From an uncultured virus (IMG/VR IMGVR_UViG_3300050131_000019) (lineage: Duplodnaviria > Heunggongvirae > Uroviricota > Caudoviricetes): 20,000 nucleotides of DNA. A program made the position numbers and the translations under genes. The DNA is taken from IMG/VR virus record IMGVR_UViG_3300050131_000019, positions 57,776-77,775 of that record; one strand, 5' to 3'. Under the pieces are notes generated by a model. The model had not been told where the DNA came from, did no database searches, and was given only the letters and a program-made list of their open reading frames with translations. Positions 1-8,401 of the stretch are shown piece by piece (position 1 is the first letter of the stretch; each line of letters starts with the position of its first letter).

Positions 1-1
1 T

Positions 2-625
2 TCGACGACGGCGAGCACAGGCGAAAATCAACTCCTAGTCGTTTACACACAGTTAGGAGCGGGTGGCCTAGCGTCCGTGCTCGCAGAAGACAAAATCATT
101 CAACCCTCGCAAGGTTCAACATACGTCGCTAATCAAGAAGCTGATATGAATTTGAACGACTCTACACAGTCTCCTCCCCGGTATCATGCAGGAGGTCTTC
201 AGTGTAACCAGCAGTCGGGATCGCTTCAATGGCAGATTGATAATCAGCAGGGAAGTTGGCAAAACATCTCACCGCCCATTACATTCGGGTGCCCGTTATC
301 TACCACTCAGGCTACCGAAATCAAATACTCTATGCACTGGACAAACGGAGATACGGGGTGTGGCGGGTATGGATGTGATAGTTATGATGTACTAAGTATC
401 TGTGTTGGGGGAACGTGTAACAACTACTCTCTTGGAAGAACACTTGAGGCATACACGGAGACCTGGGGCGACATCATGATTATTCAGGATCAGACAGACT
501 TGACTAATACAACGCAGTCTGGTGCAAATCCAACTACTTCTACGCGCACCATCACGCAGGATAACATGGCTGCGGGCATTTACTCAACAATGGTTACAGC
601 TACCGCAGGATATACGATTCCATGA
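2..625 (+). CDS. 3' part of a 5'-truncated, Thr/Gly/Cys-rich, probably beta-sandwich virion structural or receptor-binding protein
   Basis: The frame of ORF 77..625 is open back to base 2 (STTASTGENQLLVVYTQLGAGGLAS...), so the true start is outside the window. Composition is T/S/G/N-rich with several Cys. The stop overlaps the next start (ATGA 622-625). Function is inferred from context only. Confidence 0.6.
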   Translation, partial: STTASTGENQLLVVYTQLGAGGLASVLAEDKIIQPSQGSTYVANQEADMNLNDSTQSPPRYHAGGLQCNQQSGSLQWQIDNQQGSWQNISPPITFGCPLSTTQATEIKYSMHWTNGDTGCGGYGCDSYDVLSICVGGTCNNYSLGRTLEAYTETWGDIMIIQDQTDLTNTTQSGANPTTSTRTITQDNMAAGIYSTMVTATAGYTIP

Positions 626-885
626 TACGCGCCCTAGCAATCTTACTGCTCTCGATAAGTATTCCTAGTCACCAGTCTGCTCCTGTAGCTAGTCTAGTCC
701 AGCCTCCTTCATATCCGCATAATCTTACACTCTATAATCCGAAGGGTGAGCAGGTTATAACCTGTCAAATCGTGGATAACGGAGACACCATCAAAGACTG
801 CAAGATTCGGGATGGGTTCACCTTGGACGATGTAATGACATCATGGGCCGATGCTTATAAGGACTTGGAAGGCAAAAAACAGTGA
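622..885 (+). CDS. Small protein with N-terminal signal peptide/membrane anchor, function unknown (87 aa)
   Basis: ATGA overlap with the upstream gene; N-terminus MIRALAILLLSISIP is a basic residue followed by a hydrophobic stretch; two Cys in the mature part. Confidence 0.7.
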   Translation: MIRALAILLLSISIPSHQSAPVASLVQPPSYPHNLTLYNPKGEQVITCQIVDNGDTIKDCKIRDGFTLDDVMTSWADAYKDLEGKKQ

Positions 886-989
886 CTCTCGACGTGTTTG
901 TATTTGCGGTTGGACTTATTGGCGGCCTTTTGCTCGCGGGTGTCTTACTCGAAATGTTCTTCACGAAGTTGCTCCAAAAATATTTATAA
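882..989 (+). CDS. Small single-pass membrane protein, 35 aa (MTLDVFVFAVGLIGGLLLAGVLLEMFFTKLLQKYL), not in the ORF track
   Basis: GTGA start/stop overlap at 882-885; purine-rich GGAAGG at 867-872; TAA at 987-989; one long hydrophobic segment and a basic C-tail; exactly fills the intergenic gap. Confidence 0.7.
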   Translation: MTLDVFVFAVGLIGGLLLAGVLLEMFFTKLLQKYL

Positions 990-1007
990 GAAAGCAGAGG
1001 AGACCCC

Positions 1008-2102
1008 ATTCCCGTCTTTCCAAATCTAGCCCCACCGAGTTCCGTAACTATTCAAAGCGTGGTCGATTACTGCCGAGCGGTGGACCCCGCGTGTAACCCT
1101 ATCCTCCCGGCTGGTGGCTACAACTATGAGCCCGCGCTTACGTTTGCGAATGACGTACTCCAGAAAATCTTGTTTCAAGGAATGAACTGGAGATGGAATA
1201 CCTCCTATATTCCGCTGTTCCTTACTAACTGCCTCCAGCAGGATTACATTACGAACGTTAAAGATATTGGTTGGTTTACCTCCGGCTATATCATCGATAT
1301 CAATAACTCGACCAACGCCAATAATCAAGCACCTAAACCTATCCGAGGTCTGGAAGTAAACCGGGCAATGGGGATTACTCCCTTCGCAAATCTTCCTACT
1401 GAGTCCTGCTTCATCCTGAACAATCAAGCCAATTTTGGGGTGTGGCAACCTAATACTGCGTACCCCTGTCCTTACGGAGTCGCTGCTGCCCCGGCTACAC
1501 CTATCTGCCAAATTGTGGATGGCGTCGGTAACATGCTGTTTTTGGATACCGCGCAGATGGGATTGACGACTAACTCCCCCGGATTTCCTAACAATAATTC
1601 AATACCCCCGGTCGCGCCCAATAGTCCTTATGGAGTTACAGGAAGCGTAGCACCACTGCTTCCTCCTAACTCTGCTCCGGGTACGCAGGTAATTGACGGT
1701 ACGGTAACGTGGACAGTAGCCGATCCTAACGGGTATGCTATTAGATTTAATCCGCTCCCCGGTCTAGGTGGGCTTGCTTGGCTAGTGTGGATGGAGTACC
1801 AGAGGAAAGCCCCCAAGTGGCTTACTTTACAGAGTACGATTTCTCCTATCCCAGATGACTACGCCTTTTTGTTTCGTCAAGGTTTCTTGGCTAAGTGCCT
1901 GCAAGCGGCAGGGAGCAAGAATGCTCAGGCGGCTTACCAGCAATTCGAAGAGCAGGTAGATCAAGCCCTTCGTGCGTCTACCCGAGAGATTTCTGCTTTC
2001 GGTATGGTTCCGGACAACTCTATGAGTTCTTCCAACAGTTCTATAATGAGCTACCCTGCTGGCCCATCTAATCCGTTTTCCAGCAATGTCCAGTACTATT
2101 GA
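1008..2102 (+). CDS. Probable head-to-tail adaptor (P22 gp4 / T7 gp11 positional equivalent) with an inserted W-x4-Y...DGTVTW beta module
   Basis: Adaptor-like motifs (ANDVLQKIL..MNWRWN; IRFNPLP..EYQRKAP..IPDDYAFLF plus a C-terminal helix) and position upstream of the hub/nozzle gene. The track starts at GTG 1059, but the only good SD (GAGGAG 997-1002) precedes an in-frame ATT at 1008. Confidence 0.65.
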   Translation: MPVFPNLAPPSSVTIQSVVDYCRAVDPACNPILPAGGYNYEPALTFANDVLQKILFQGMNWRWNTSYIPLFLTNCLQQDYITNVKDIGWFTSGYIIDINNSTNANNQAPKPIRGLEVNRAMGITPFANLPTESCFILNNQANFGVWQPNTAYPCPYGVAAAPATPICQIVDGVGNMLFLDTAQMGLTTNSPGFPNNNSIPPVAPNSPYGVTGSVAPLLPPNSAPGTQVIDGTVTWTVADPNGYAIRFNPLPGLGGLAWLVWMEYQRKAPKWLTLQSTISPIPDDYAFLFRQGFLAKCLQAAGSKNAQAAYQQFEEQVDQALRASTREISAFGMVPDNSMSSSNSSIMSYPAGPSNPFSSNVQYY

Positions 2103-2103
2103 T

Positions 2104-2132
2104 TTGACGAGATCAGAACTATGTGATATAAT
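2104..2132 (+). promoter_or_regulatory. Sigma70-type promoter for the GIY-YIG gene (leaderless mRNA predicted)
   Basis: TTGACG (2104-2109), 17 bp spacer, TGn-TATAAT (2127-2132). ATG follows at 2140 with no SD. Confidence 0.85.
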
Positions 2133-2139
2133 ATAGATA

Positions 2140-3030
2140 ATGGAAAATATAGAACAAAAGCCGTACGGGATTATCTACTTTGCTTTGAACAAGTTGAATG
2201 GAAAGTGCTACGTGGGACAGTCCATCCAAGCCGAAGGGAAAAGGTGGAAGCAGCATATATCCTCCAGTCGCCATAGGGGAAGTAAACTATATTTTCATAA
2301 AGCCATTCACCACTACGGACCCGAAAACTTCGAGTTTCGTACTATCCTATCCTGCCCCGATCAAGCGTCTCTAAACTCCGCTGAAACCTATTTTATAGAA
2401 TTCTTCGGTTCTATAGACCCCAAAATAGGATACAATAGTACCCTCGGAGGGGACGCGGAAGTTCCTAGCGAGCAGACCAAAAAGAACATGATTACTGCTT
2501 GGGCTAAGCGCCGGGGAGGGGATATCCCGGATACAGAAACCCTGATTAGGGATTATAAGTCAGGGCTATCTTCCGTTAAGATTGCAAAAAAATACGGGAT
2601 ATCCAAGTTCTGTGTACTCCGTAGATTTAAAGTGGTGGGGTTTGATACACGATCTAATTCTGAGTCTAAAAGACTGCCCGGAATACCGTCGCTAGGGGAT
2701 GAGTATCTGGCAGGAAAAGACCTCGGGGTTCTGGCCGAAAAATACGGGGTAACTCCTTCGTGGGTGTGGGGTCAACTAAAACAGAGCAACGTGCCCCTGA
2801 GAACGGCTACGGCCTCCCGCACTCTCAATATGGAGAAAACCGGAGAATTAAGTACACTACCCTCCCCCGAAGATTTGGCAGAAGAATACCTATCTGGAGT
2901 ATCTTCCGTAAAGCTTTCGAAGAAGTACAATACAACTAAAACTAGGATATTAGCCTACCTCATCAAGAGTGGAATTACCCTTCGGACTAAATCCGAGGCT
3001 TGGGTAGGGCGAAAACAAAGCAAAACATAA
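2140..3030 (+). CDS. Free-standing GIY-YIG homing endonuclease with three C-terminal helix-turn-helix repeats
   Basis: GIIYFALNKLNGKCYVGQS..RWKQH..E..GYN catalytic-domain signature, followed by three repeats of the form Y.SG.S...AKKYG........L...G...R...EA. Confidence 0.9.
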   Translation: MENIEQKPYGIIYFALNKLNGKCYVGQSIQAEGKRWKQHISSSRHRGSKLYFHKAIHHYGPENFEFRTILSCPDQASLNSAETYFIEFFGSIDPKIGYNSTLGGDAEVPSEQTKKNMITAWAKRRGGDIPDTETLIRDYKSGLSSVKIAKKYGISKFCVLRRFKVVGFDTRSNSESKRLPGIPSLGDEYLAGKDLGVLAEKYGVTPSWVWGQLKQSNVPLRTATASRTLNMEKTGELSTLPSPEDLAEEYLSGVSSVKLSKKYNTTKTRILAYLIKSGITLRTKSEAWVGRKQSKT

Positions 3031-3039
3031 AAGGATAAA

Positions 3040-6000
3040 ATGCCTAACCAGCTTAGCATAGCAGGCGCGAATCCGGGAAAACAAACCAAGAGAACTGCAC
3101 TTTGGACGGCCCGCTGGTCAGATGGGCTTTTCACGAACTCTGGTGCCCTTAGAGACGTGTCTTCAAGGATCGAAGAGCATTATTACGGTGCTCACAATGG
3201 CCGTCTTATCGAACCTAGCGAAAATGTCGAGATTACCTCCAAACTGACTCTCAAGAGACGGTATGGTAATTCTGTTTGGAATAGTAACACCTGGACCGAC
3301 CTAAATTCTTTCTACGAGTTTCGCCAGTTTAACGCAAACGAAGAACAAATCAAGGTCATGGTTGATACCCAAGGCGCGTTGTATGACGCCTCAAATAACC
3401 AGCAATTGAATATCTGGTCCAAGGTTCCCACTAGTGGTCAGTCCTATATGCAGAGTGTAGGAAACACTCTATTTTGGGGGGACGGATACGACCGTAAAAA
3501 GTGGCTGACTACCCTGCTCGATAGAATCCCATACAAGGTAAGTCCCTTCCCCGAGCCGCAGAATCCCTATAACTTCACTCCGTATAACCTAAACTCCTTT
3601 ATCATAGATACCAACGGGGATACCGAACAGCTTATCGGTACCGTTTTACAGTTATCTAGCTTCTATATCTTAAATGACACTATTGTATTCTCCCTGTTAT
3701 CTACCAAGAACGGACACGCTCTTCCTAGCGCGTATGAAATCTTGGTTCCCGGATTACAAATTTTCTTCCCCGCTGACTCCCAAGTCTCTCAAACTCTCGG
3801 TGAGCCTAACGGGGTAACTTTGTCTATAGGGAGTCTTGTCGGCGGAATAGAGGCCGCGTCGGTTACCTTTGGAGGGTCTGGATACACTATTGGAGACATC
3901 GTTGCAGTAAACCAGACTTCGCCTCTGGGTAGCATGAACGGTACCCTAAAAGTTCTGAACGTCGGGGCAGCAGTCGGAACAGGATATAGTACAGCCACAG
4001 TTCCTACTACCACGAAGGGCGGGGGGTCCGGAGCGACCCTGAATATTGCCGCCCCTACGGGATACCTTGTCTCAGCCACTGTGGGAGCGGGCGGAACCGG
4101 ATACGTAAACGGGGACTATATTATACCTACGCAGGCAAACGCCTCTGGAGGGTATTTTAAAGTTGTAAGTACCGGGGGTGGCGGGAGTGTAGTTACCGTA
4201 GCCGTAGCTACGAATGCGGCAACAAGTTTAGGAATCCAGACAGCGGGGGAGGGGTACTACAATGCTACCGGAATTCCGGTTTCCGGAGGAACAGGAACCG
4301 GACTTACTGTAAGTATCGTTGACGACGAAACACAGTTCAATGCTCCGTTTACCTACGGCGGTGGACCTGTAGCTACGGTTACTGTCACCACGCCCGGATC
4401 GAACTATAACATCGGGGATGTTATCGTGCCACTTGAGAGTACCCAGACCACTTCTGGAGGGGCGCAGTTTACGGTTACCAACGTGACCGGAGCGGCTTCT
4501 GGAGCAGGTCTTACCTACGGTGGTGCTGCGGTTGCGGGGTACGCTCTAGGCGCAGCCAGTGTATGGCAGACCTCCGGATACGGTACCAGTGCAGCTATGA
4601 CTATTACTGGTGTGTCTGGCGGAGTAATCACCTCGGCTACTACAGCTTATGGGGGGTCTGGGTACTCGTCCGGAGACTTGTTATATATTTCTCAGGGTCC
4701 TGTTCGCGGTGCAACTCTTATAGTAAGTACCACGGGAGGCGGAGGGGCAGTTGCCCTTGTCACCGTGCTTAACGGGGGTCCCACAGCGTATACTCCAGCT
4801 ACAGGGGTCGCCACATATACATCCGGGGGAGGCAACGGGGCTACAATAGATATTACCACGGTATCTTCCGGACAGATCACGGCAGGAGTTTTGAATGCCG
4901 GGGGTACTGGATATACTATAGGAGACTTGTTGTACGTTGTACAGACGGGAACTGCCGGGGATGCTTATTTTACAGTAACATCCGTAACTGCCACGGGCGC
5001 AGGAGGGATCACGGGTCTAAGCATTCTTACTCCGGGACACGGCTATATTCAGGAAAGTGGAGTTGTAACTACCGCGCAGACGGGTACGGGAACGGGAGCT
5101 ATACTTACCCTCGGGGTAGGCGCAGCGTCTTTCTTCCCACCTTTCGCGCTTTCGGATACACCTACGGTGTTTTCGGGCGGTAACCCTATCTCCGACGCGA
5201 GAACCAATGCACATATAACATGGGCCGGGGTTGGACAAGAGACTATTGACGGCTCCGCTTTGTGGGTCAACAGGGGAGTATCGATAGACGGCGGACCCGT
5301 GTATAACTGGGGGATGGCGGGCGGGACTAACGCCCCCTCGGTTGTAGTAAACAACGCAATTGGCGGGTGGGTTGCGGATACTTACTACTCCCGCTGGGAC
5401 TTTATTATAGTTACCGTTTCAGGAAGCAATTACCTGATGCAGGTAGAAGGAAGTGGAAAATCCGGAGCCGCCGCGCCTACGTGGAATACAGTTGTCGGGC
5501 AGAAAACTACCGATGGTACAGTAACATGGATGTGTATTGCAAACGACGGTGATACCTCCTTTACTTGGGCGGCAACTCATACATACACTCCGGGCCACGT
5601 TATTGAGGCTACGGTAAGTTCGCTGTCCTGTGTTTTTCGGCTACAGTCCTATTCTGGAATCATGACACAAGGAGTTATTCCTGCGTATTGCTGGCAACTC
5701 GGCTCGCAGTTCGGGACAGACGTAGGGGCCGCAGGAGAGATAAACGTAGGTGGAACTAATGCACCTATGGCTCAGAACGGCGGTCAGTCTCTAGCTACTG
5801 CCACCTATACGGGAAACATGAGCGGGCTATTCCTGACCTCTGGCTCAGGAACTGTAGGAACCCCCGCTGTCTCGGGAAATGGCTCAGTAGCGGGATCAAG
5901 TCCCCAATTGTTCCCGGCTACCTCCGATCTAAATATTGGGATGTTCCCCCAGCTAGTTATTCCCGCAGCAGGGACCTATACGTTTACAATCGGTCATCAG

Positions 6001-8385
6001 GTTGCGATGTTCTGGGGAATAGGTAGTGGAAGTCTAAGTCTGAATGTTACTTCAGTTCAGGTACGTGGTGGAACTCTAACAATCGTAGCTGACCGGGATT
6101 TGACGACTCTTCTTACCCCAGCGGTTAGCCTAACCTTTAATGGGCTGTTGTCTTCTACTTGGCTAAATGGGACTACGGTTGCAGTTAGTACGGTGACCGG
6201 AAATACTTTTACTGCGAATCTTGCTCATGCAAATTACGGGCCTATCACCGACACAGGCACGGCTACTACCGGAGCTACGCTATCCCCGACTCCTGTTAGT
6301 GGGCCGATGACATGGAAAACGGGTAGTCCGAATACCTATAATTTCTCTACGGGTACTCCTGTAAAAGGATATCCGATCATGAGTGCAAACTACCCCTCAT
6401 CCGGAGGAACGGTTGTTGAGGATTCTGTTCAGATTTCTTTTCCATCTGCTGGAGTCTACCCCGCTGAGATTCATTATGGAGTCTGGTACCACACCACGAG
6501 TGGGTATACCGCTCCCGTAACTTCTCCTACTCTCCCCGGAACTCCGTTTAGTTTCTATATGGTGTACACCCCTCCGGGGAGCACTACTAAATACAATATC
6601 CTCCCCGAGTCCCTCGCATGTAGCTCAGCCGGAGCACCTGCATTTCCCGCATGGCCTACTTCGGTAGTTAACATCCAAGCTATCTCTCCCGCGTATCCGT
6701 CTGTAGTAGAAGCCTCGGGGAACTTTACTTGGTGGAATCTTGGTCCTACCTCCCAGCTTGGGTGGACGGCGAATACTAATTACACGACCCAAGAGTTCGT
6801 TGTAGACCAGAACTCTAACCAAGAAGCGGCGTATGAACCGGGGATAAGTGGAACCGCAATACCTCTGTTCTCTACCACTCTTAATGGGGTTACCGCAGAT
6901 ACTATCACTACGGGATCAACGGGACTTCTCTGGGTAAATACTGGCCCAGAAGGGAGTACTCCCACCGGAACTCTTGCTACGACCCAAGGAGGGTGGAGCT
7001 ACGCTGTCGCGCTGGTTAATACCCTAGATGACACCGTAAGTAACGCTAGCCCCATATCGGCATATACGGGGAACTTCTTCGCATCTACCGGCGTCTATGT
7101 TAGCGGAGGTCTCCCCTCAGTTATCGACCCACAGGCCGATTATGTGGCTATTTTCCGCACGCAAGATGGCGGTGCGACCTATTACCTGATTCCGGGGCCA
7201 ATTTCCGGAAATGGGAATACGGAGTATACTCTTCCTCTCAGCGTTTACGAGTCTCAGGGATTCACAGATACTACTCTGGATTCTGGACTCAATACTCTCT
7301 TACAGGCTCCTCTCTCGAAGCAGAACTCAGTTCCGCCGAAGGGGATCATCAACCTTGCCTTCCATGTTAGCAGAATTTTTGGTAGTGTTGGCAACGTGGT
7401 ATACTGGAGCACCGGACCAGACACCCCCGTTGGTAACGGGTACAATGGTTTTGCCCCGAATAACTTCGCGGAAGCTCCATCCTTAGTTACCAAGATCGTT
7501 CCCCTGAATGCCGGAACTCTAATCTTTACAGTATCCGATATTTATATTCTTTCGGGTGACGGAACTCCCGGAAACCCATTTATACTAGAACCCTACCTGC
7601 AAAGGATCGGACTTCTCAGTTACAACGCCCTTACAGTAAATGGAAGCATCGTTTACTTCATGACTACCGACAATCAGATAGTCGAGCTAAACGTTCATAC
7701 CGGCGTAAGCGGAATTGGAACGCCTATCGCTGATTTGATAAGCGCCAATATGTCTCCTTCTAAGAGCTATCTAACGTGGCATACGAGTGGATACCAGGAT
7801 CAGTGTTTGTTTGCCGCAGACGGAAGTACCGGCTGGTACAGGATGCTTCCCACGGTCCCCCCTGAGCAGGGGATGCCGTGGTGCCCGAAGGCGAATATTA
7901 TTGGCGGGGTTGGCGCAGTACAGTCCGTCGAAACTCTCCCCGGTAACATCCAACTCCTGATGGGTCCTCCTCCTGCTATCTCCGGTCCCATTCTGTTCAG
8001 GGATTACACTACTTATCAGGATAACGGCGCGAACTACCCGGCCAACATTACCTTTGGTCCTATCGTTCTTGCTCATCCGGGCCAGTTAGCGAGCATCGAG
8101 TTTATCACGGTAGATTCCCATAAGTTTACTGGAGCGGTTCCTCTTACCCTAGCTGTCCTTCTCGGGGAACTGTACGGGACCTTTGAACCCCTAACGGAAT
8201 ACGATTACGATCCGCCCCAACTGGGTCCGAGCGAGTCGGTAAACAACCAGAGGTTCTATCTCTCCCAAAGTAATGACTCGGTTGAGTGCCGGTACTTCCA
8301 ACTACAGGTTATCTGGCCTCCCCAGAACTTCGCGGATGAGGTGGAAAGTTTAAGCCCAGTCGGCGGCTACAGCCAGGAAAGTTAA
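3040..8385 (+). CDS. Very large tail hub/nozzle-like protein (P22 gp10 / tail tubular B equivalent) with a large Gly/Thr-rich central insertion region
   Basis: SD AAGGA before ATG. N-terminal SENVEITSKLTLKRRYG and C-terminal propeller-like region (RIFGSVGNVVYWS; IGLLSYNALTVNGSIVYFMTTD; CRYFQLQVIW) resemble podovirus nozzle proteins. It lies between the adaptor and the ejection genes. Confidence 0.7.
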   Translation: MPNQLSIAGANPGKQTKRTALWTARWSDGLFTNSGALRDVSSRIEEHYYGAHNGRLIEPSENVEITSKLTLKRRYGNSVWNSNTWTDLNSFYEFRQFNANEEQIKVMVDTQGALYDASNNQQLNIWSKVPTSGQSYMQSVGNTLFWGDGYDRKKWLTTLLDRIPYKVSPFPEPQNPYNFTPYNLNSFIIDTNGDTEQLIGTVLQLSSFYILNDTIVFSLLSTKNGHALPSAYEILVPGLQIFFPADSQVSQTLGEPNGVTLSIGSLVGGIEAASVTFGGSGYTIGDIVAVNQTSPLGSMNGTLKVLNVGAAVGTGYSTATVPTTTKGGGSGATLNIAAPTGYLVSATVGAGGTGYVNGDYIIPTQANASGGYFKVVSTGGGGSVVTVAVATNAATSLGIQTAGEGYYNATGIPVSGGTGTGLTVSIVDDETQFNAPFTYGGGPVATVTVTTPGSNYNIGDVIVPLESTQTTSGGAQFTVTNVTGAASGAGLTYGGAAVAGYALGAASVWQTSGYGTSAAMTITGVSGGVITSATTAYGGSGYSSGDLLYISQGPVRGATLIVSTTGGGGAVALVTVLNGGPTAYTPATGVATYTSGGGNGATIDITTVSSGQITAGVLNAGGTGYTIGDLLYVVQTGTAGDAYFTVTSVTATGAGGITGLSILTPGHGYIQESGVVTTAQTGTGTGAILTLGVGAASFFPPFALSDTPTVFSGGNPISDARTNAHITWAGVGQETIDGSALWVNRGVSIDGGPVYNWGMAGGTNAPSVVVNNAIGGWVADTYYSRWDFIIVTVSGSNYLMQVEGSGKSGAAAPTWNTVVGQKTTDGTVTWMCIANDGDTSFTWAATHTYTPGHVIEATVSSLSCVFRLQSYSGIMTQGVIPAYCWQLGSQFGTDVGAAGEINVGGTNAPMAQNGGQSLATATYTGNMSGLFLTSGSGTVGTPAVSGNGSVAGSSPQLFPATSDLNIGMFPQLVIPAAGTYTFTIGHQVAMFWGIGSGSLSLNVTSVQVRGGTLTIVADRDLTTLLTPAVSLTFNGLLSSTWLNGTTVAVSTVTGNTFTANLAHANYGPITDTGTATTGATLSPTPVSGPMTWKTGSPNTYNFSTGTPVKGYPIMSANYPSSGGTVVEDSVQISFPSAGVYPAEIHYGVWYHTTSGYTAPVTSPTLPGTPFSFYMVYTPPGSTTKYNILPESLACSSAGAPAFPAWPTSVVNIQAISPAYPSVVEASGNFTWWNLGPTSQLGWTANTNYTTQEFVVDQNSNQEAAYEPGISGTAIPLFSTTLNGVTADTITTGSTGLLWVNTGPEGSTPTGTLATTQGGWSYAVALVNTLDDTVSNASPISAYTGNFFASTGVYVSGGLPSVIDPQADYVAIFRTQDGGATYYLIPGPISGNGNTEYTLPLSVYESQGFTDTTLDSGLNTLLQAPLSKQNSVPPKGIINLAFHVSRIFGSVGNVVYWSTGPDTPVGNGYNGFAPNNFAEAPSLVTKIVPLNAGTLIFTVSDIYILSGDGTPGNPFILEPYLQRIGLLSYNALTVNGSIVYFMTTDNQIVELNVHTGVSGIGTPIADLISANMSPSKSYLTWHTSGYQDQCLFAADGSTGWYRMLPTVPPEQGMPWCPKANIIGGVGAVQSVETLPGNIQLLMGPPPAISGPILFRDYTTYQDNGANYPANITFGPIVLAHPGQLASIEFITVDSHKFTGAVPLTLAVLLGELYGTFEPLTEYDYDPPQLGPSESVNNQRFYLSQSNDSVECRYFQLQVIWPPQNFADEVESLSPVGGYSQES
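3871..5050 (+). repeat. Protein-level GGxGY-x2-GD tandem repeats within the nozzle-like gene
   Basis: GGSGYTIGD (3871), GGTGYVNGD (4090), PGSNYNIGD (4393), GGSGYSSGD (4651), GGTGYTIGD (~4900), interleaved with GxGATL/I half-repeats; diverged at DNA level. Confidence 0.9.
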
Positions 8386-8388
8386 TAG

Positions 8389-8401
8389 AATCAATAACTT
8401 A
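8389..8401 (+). promoter_or_regulatory. IHF-binding consensus match
   Basis: AATCAATAACTTA matches WATCAANNNNTTR exactly and occupies the 15-bp gap before the HNH gene, where an SD would be expected. Confidence 0.45.

Noticed and set aside
3871..5050. Repeats as a CRISPR array or DGR template/variable repeat pair
   Set aside because: Similarity is at protein level with synonymous divergence; no identical DNA repeats, adenine-specific mismatch pattern, reverse transcriptase or cas genes are visible.
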